Source: Squalus acanthias
Taxonomy: Eukaryota
Assembly: GCA_030390025.1 (NCBI GenBank)
Contig: CM059431.1
Location: 135,410,001-135,474,000, forward strand
Direction of reading: 5' to 3'
Length of the DNA stretch: 64,000 nt
A program made the translations under genes and the position numbers. Positions 59,604 through 64,000 of this stretch are shown here, piece by piece. A model generated the notes under the pieces. The model did no database searches. It saw only the letters and a program-made list of their open reading frames with translations, and was not told where the DNA came from. How positions within the stretch are numbered: position 1 is the first letter of the stretch; each line of letters opens with the position of its first letter.

Positions 59604-61271
59604 TTATGATCTAAAATTGTTGAACTCGATATTGAGTCCAGAGGGCTGTAGCGTGCCTAAACGAAAGATGAGGTGCTGTTCCTCGAGCTTACGCTGCGCT
59701 TCCGTGAAACAGTGTAATAGGCCGAGGACGGTGAGGTCAGAGTGGGAGTGAAGCGGTGAATTAAAGTGACAGGCCACCGGGAGCTCGGGGTCCCCCTTAC
59801 GGACTGAACGGAGGTGTTCCGCAAAGCGGTCACCCAATCTGCGTTTGGTCTCCCCAATGTAGAGGAGACCACATCGTGAGCAGCGAATACAGTATACTAA
59901 ATTGCAGGAAGTACAAGTAAATCGCTGTTTCACCTGGAAGGGGTGTTTGGGGCCCTGGACAGTGGGAAGAGGGGAGGTGTAAGGGCATGTGTTGCATCTC
60001 CTGCGCGTGCACGGGAAGGTGCCGGGCGAAGGGGAAGGGGTGCTGGGGGTGGTAGAGGAGTGGACTAGGGTGTCGCGGAGGGAGCGGTCCCTGCGGAATG
60101 CTGAAAGGGGAGGTGAGGGGAAGATGTGTTTGGTGGTGGGATCACGCTGGAGGTGGCGGAAATGGCGGAGGATGATCCGTTGAATGTGGAGGCTGGTGGG
60201 GTGAAAGGTGAGGACAAGGGGAACCCTATCGTGGTTCCGGGAGGGAGGGGCAGGGGTGAGGGCAGAAGTGCGGGAGATAGAACGGACACGGTCGAGGGCC
60301 GTGTCGACCACGGTAGAGGGGAATCCTCGGTTGAGGAAAAAGGAAGACATGTCGGAAGCACTGGTATGGAAGGTGGCATCATCAGAGCAGATGCGGCGGA
60401 GACGGAGAAACTGGGAGAATGGAATAGAGTCCTTACAGGAGGCGGGGTGGGAGGAAGTGTAGTCCAGGTAGCTGTGGGAGTCAGTGGGCTTGTAGTGAAT
60501 GTTAGTCAAAAACCTATCCCCAGAGATGGAGATGGAGAAGTCGAGGAAGGGAAGGGAAGAGTCGGAGATGGACCATGTGAAGGTGAGGGAAGGGTGGAAA
60601 TTGGAAGTATAGTGAATGAAATGTTCTAGTTCAGGGCGAGAGCAGGAGACGGCACCGATACAGTCATCAATGTACCGGAAAAAGAGGTGAGGGAGGGGAC
60701 CCGAGTAGGACTGGAACAAAGAGTGTTCCACATATCCCACGAAAAGGCAGGCATAGCTAGGACCCATGCGGGTACCCATAGCAACACCTTTAATTTGGAG
60801 GAAATGGGTAGAGTCAAAGGAGAAGTTGTTCAATGTGAGAACAAGTTCAGCCAGGCGGAGGAGGGTGGTGGTGGATGGGGACTGGTTGGGCCTCTGTTCA
60901 AGGAAGAAGCGGAGCGCCCTCAGGCCATCCTGGTGGGGAATGGAGGTGTAGAGGGATTGTACGTCCATAGTGAAGAGGAGACGGTTGGGGCCGGGAAACT
61001 GGAAACTGTTAAAATGGCGGAGGGCATCGGAAGAGTCGCGGATGTAGTTGGGAAGAGACTGGACAAGGGGAGAAAAAATAGAGTCGAGATAGGAAGAGAT
61101 AAGTTCCGTGGGGCAAGAACAGGCTGAAACGATGGGTCTACCGGGGCAGTCCTGTTTGTGGATCTTGGGAAGGAGGTAGAAGCGGGCTGTGCGCGGTTGG
61201 GGAACTATGAGGTTGGCGGCCGTGGGGGGAAGATCTCCAGAGGAGATGAGGTCAGTGACGGTCTTGGACAC
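59604..61271 (-). CDS. Penelope RT plus GIY-YIG endonuclease (555-aa open frame, N-terminally incomplete)
   Basis: TMDVQSLYT, GVAMG, RYIDD, FLD, linker CTRRRCNTC, VYCIRC..C.LLYIGET.R.L..RF.EH, E, GLN. Confidence 0.92.
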   Translation of the reverse strand: MSKTVTDLISSGDLPPTAANLIVPQPRTARFYLLPKIHKQDCPGRPIVSACSCPTELISSYLDSIFSPLVQSLPNYIRDSSDALRHFNSFQFPGPNRLLFTMDVQSLYTSIPHQDGLRALRFFLEQRPNQSPSTTTLLRLAELVLTLNNFSFDSTHFLQIKGVAMGTRMGPSYACLFVGYVEHSLFQSYSGPLPHLFFRYIDDCIGAVSCSRPELEHFIHYTSNFHPSLTFTWSISDSSLPFLDFSISISGDRFLTNIHYKPTDSHSYLDYTSSHPASCKDSIPFSQFLRLRRICSDDATFHTSASDMSSFFLNRGFPSTVVDTALDRVRSISRTSALTPAPPSRNHDRVPLVLTFHPTSLHIQRIILRHFRHLQRDPTTKHIFPSPPLSAFRRDRSLRDTLVHSSTTPSTPSPSPGTFPCTRRRCNTCPYTSPLPTVQGPKHPFQVKQRFTCTSCNLVYCIRCSRCGLLYIGETKRRLGDRFAEHLRSVRKGDPELPVACHFNSPLHSHSDLTVLGLLHCFTEAQRKLEEQHLIFRLGTLQPSGLNIEFNNFRS

Positions 61272-62644
61272 GGTGGCTTGATGTTCAGTAGTGGGGTCAT
61301 GGTCCAGGTGGAGGTAGGAGGAGGTGTCAGAGAGTTGGCGTTCAACTTCCGCTAGGTAGAGGTCGGTTCGCTAAACAACAACAGCGCCACCCTTGTCAGC
61401 AGGTTTAATGACAATGTCAGGATTGGATCGGAGAGAATGGAGTGCTGCAAGTTCAGAGGGAGGTAGGTTGGAGTGAGTGAGGGGAGCAGAGAAATTGAGC
61501 TGGCCGATGTCACGGCAGCAGTTAGCAATGAAAAGATCTAGAGAGGGTAAGAGGCCAGAGGGAGGGGTCCAGGTGGAACGAGAATTCTGAAAGCAGGAGA
61601 AAGGGTCAGCCGTGTGGGGGGAAGACTCCTGGCCAGAGAAGTGGGCACGGAGACGGAGGCGGCGGAAAAAGAGCTCAGCATCGTGCCGAGCTCAAAATTC
61701 ATTGAGATGGGGGCGTAAGGGGATGAAGGTCAGGCCTTTGCTGAGGACTGATCGTTCGGAGTCAGAGAGGGGAAGGTCAGAGGGGATAGTGAAAACGCGG
61801 CAGGGGGTGAGATTGGGAGAAGGGGGGTCAGAGGAAAGTGAAGGGGAAGAAGGTTCCGGAGGGGCGTTAGTGTCCAAGAGTTGTTGAAGCTTGCGATCCT
61901 TGACATCGGAAAGGAAGAAGAAAAGTTTTTTGTTGTCTTTTCTTAAGTATGGACACCAAAACTGTATGCAGTATTCCAGATGCGGTCTCACCAATACCTT
62001 ATATAACTGCAGCAATACCTCCCTGTTTTTATAATCTATCCCCTAGCAATAAAAGCCAACATTCCGTTGGCCTTCTTGATCACCTGCTGCACCTGCATAC
62101 TAACTTTTTGATTTTCTTGCACTAGGACCCCCAGATCCCTTTGTACTGCAGTACTTTCCAGTTTCTCGCCATTAAGATAATAACTTGCTCTCTGATTTTT
62201 CCTGCCAAAAAACAGCGCAGTACCCTCTACAGGGCATCTGGGATGTAAGTGAACAGGATAAGCAACTGTGTATCTCCTTAACCAATCAGATTGAAGGATC
62301 ATGAAATTAACAGCGCAAGGTCTGTGTGAGTTAGAATGGTGAATTCAATGTCAAATCAGGTACAGAAAGAGAAATAAAGAGAGCGAAAGAAAGATTGGAT
62401 TAAGGAGAGAGAGAAAAAAGAAACAAAAAGATAAAGTAAAAAAAAAATTGTTTTAATTGTTTAAAAAAAAACTCAAACCACAATTAAAACCTGAAGGAAT
62501 GAGACTTTACAATTGTAACAGTTAATTTTCAATGGCAGAGAGGTTGACTGGCAGTAATTAACACTTATCACATCATTAAAAGTGTTTTTGATGAGTAATG
62601 ACTAGAATAAACTTCTTGTTGCGAGTTTAGTTCTTATCTACTGT

Positions 62645-62985
62645 GCACTTTTTGATATATATTAATGACCTGAACGTGGCTGTAGAGGGCATAATTTCAA
62701 AGTTTGCAGATGACACATAATGCAGAAATGTAGTAAACAATGGGAAGGATAGTAACAGACTTCAAGAGGACAAACTGGTGAAATAGGCAGACACATGGCA
62801 GATGAAATTTAATTCGGAGAAGTGTGAAGTGATACTTTTTGGTATGAAGAATGCAGAGAGGCAATATGAACGAAATGGTACAATTTTAAAGGGGGTGCAG
62901 GAACAGAGAGACCTGTGTGTGTATGTATAGAAATCTTTGAAGGTGGCAGGACAAGTTGAGAAGGCTGCTAAAAAAGAATATGGGA
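62645..62985 (+). mobile_element. Degenerate CR1 RT fragment
   Basis: YINDL...KFADDT...WQMKFNSEKCEV. Confidence 0.8.
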
Positions 62986-62989
62986 AAAT

Positions 62990-64000
62990 TTGCTTTTGTA
63001 CTCTATTCCTCCATTAATAAAGCTAATGCATTACTTAACACTTCTCCAGATTGAATTCCATTTGCCACTTTTCTGCCCACCTTACCTGATATCTACCTGC
63101 AGTCTACAGCTTTCTTCCTCACTATCAACCACACGGCCAATTTTTGTATCATCTGCAAACTTCTTAATCATGCCCACTACATTGAAGTCTAAATCATTGA
63201 TATATGCCACACAAAGCAAGGGACCTAGTACTGAGCCCTGCGGAACTCCACTGAAAACAGCCTTCCAGTCACAAAAACACCCGTCGACCATTACCCTTTG
63301 CTTCTTGCCACTGAGCCAATTTTGGATGCAACTTGCCACTTTCCCTTGGATCCCATGGGCTTTTACTTTCCTGACCATGTGGGAAATTGTCAAAAGCCTT
63401 GCTAATATCCATGTAGACTATATCAAATGCACTACCTCATCGACCCTCCTTGTTACCTCCTCAAAATATTCAATCAAGTTAGTTAGACACTACCTTCCCT
63501 TAACAAATCCATGCTGACTGTCCTTGATTAATCTGTGCCTTTCTAAATGACAATTAATACTATCCCTCAGAATTTTTTCCAACAATTTGCCCACCACCGA
63601 GGTTAGGCTGACTGGCCTGTAATTAATCGGTCTATCCCTTGCTCCCTTTTTAAACAACAGTACAACATTAGCCATCCTCCAGTCCTCAAGCACCATGCCT
63701 GTAGCTAGAGAGGATTGGAAAATGATGGCCAGAGCCTCTGCTATTTCCTCCCTTGCTTCTCTTAACAGCCTGGGATACATTTCATTCAGGCCTGGTGATT
63801 TATCTACTTTTAAAGATGCTAAACCCCTTAATACTTCCTCCCTCACTATGTTATCTCATCTAATATTTCACACTCCTCCTCCTTAACTACAATGTCTGCA
63901 TCATCCCTCTCCTTTGTGAAGACAGATGCAAAGTATTCATTAGGAACCATACCCACATCTTCCACCTCCATAGAAACATAGAAACATAGAAGATAGGAGC
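62990..64000 (-). mobile_element. CR1 ORF2 fragment and the start of another CR1 tail
   Basis: KSPG, NYRPVSLTS, GVPQGSVLGP, FADD; (catagaaa)n at the window end. Confidence 0.9.

Larger units (their letters stand above)
59227..61933 (-). mobile_element. Penelope-like element (Neptune-like), 5'-truncated, with 3' pLTR
   Basis: 16-bp TSD tgtcttttcttaagta (59211-59226 / 61934-61949); RT plus GIY-YIG. Confidence 0.95.
58582..62205 (-). mobile_element. CR1 3' fragment split by a Penelope insertion
   Basis: ORF2 reads ...CPYLRKD | ILALEAVQRRF... across the insertion; (ataagaac)n tail at 58582-58610. Confidence 0.92.

Noticed and set aside
60126..61355. Several 60-170 aa plus-strand ORFs over the Penelope, ERV and Gypsy regions
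   Set aside because: Antisense or alternate-frame shadows of GC-rich coding sequence with no recognisable motifs.
61692..62015. CR1-Penelope chimeric ORF
   Set aside because: A short by-product of the Penelope insertion junction, ending in a stop after 107 aa.

Overview
Repeat-saturated, gene-poor vertebrate DNA, most likely a cartilaginous fish (shark), judged from an HE1-type V-SINE and SacSINE1-like DeuSINE pieces. Most of the window is nested transposons: many CR1 LINE fragments, PIF/Harbinger elements and MITEs, L2 remnants, and two Penelope-like elements with minimal hammerhead ribozymes. There is also one young, intact Gypsy LTR retrotransposon (6560-11069). Three systems stand out. 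(1) A LINE family whose 5' end is a tRNA-derived SINE head fused directly to a single EN-RT ORF; it is present twice, plus an internally deleted SINE version, and is nearly free of T4 runs, making it a candidate Pol III-driven LINE. (2) A pol-less endogenous retrovirus (41118-48424, minus strand) with a ~1.7-kb LTR, a Mononegavirales-F-like (lokiretrovirus-type) Env carrying an N-terminal Ig domain, a second diverged Gag paralogue between gag and env, and a gag fused in frame to a Penelope RT fragment. (3) A Gypsy element that lacks a tRNA PBS and instead has a 13-nt sequence complementary to its own LTR poly(A) signal. No host gene is confidently identified, only weak exon-like segments on the minus strand. 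All calls were made by eye, and most TE boundaries without a TSD are approximate.
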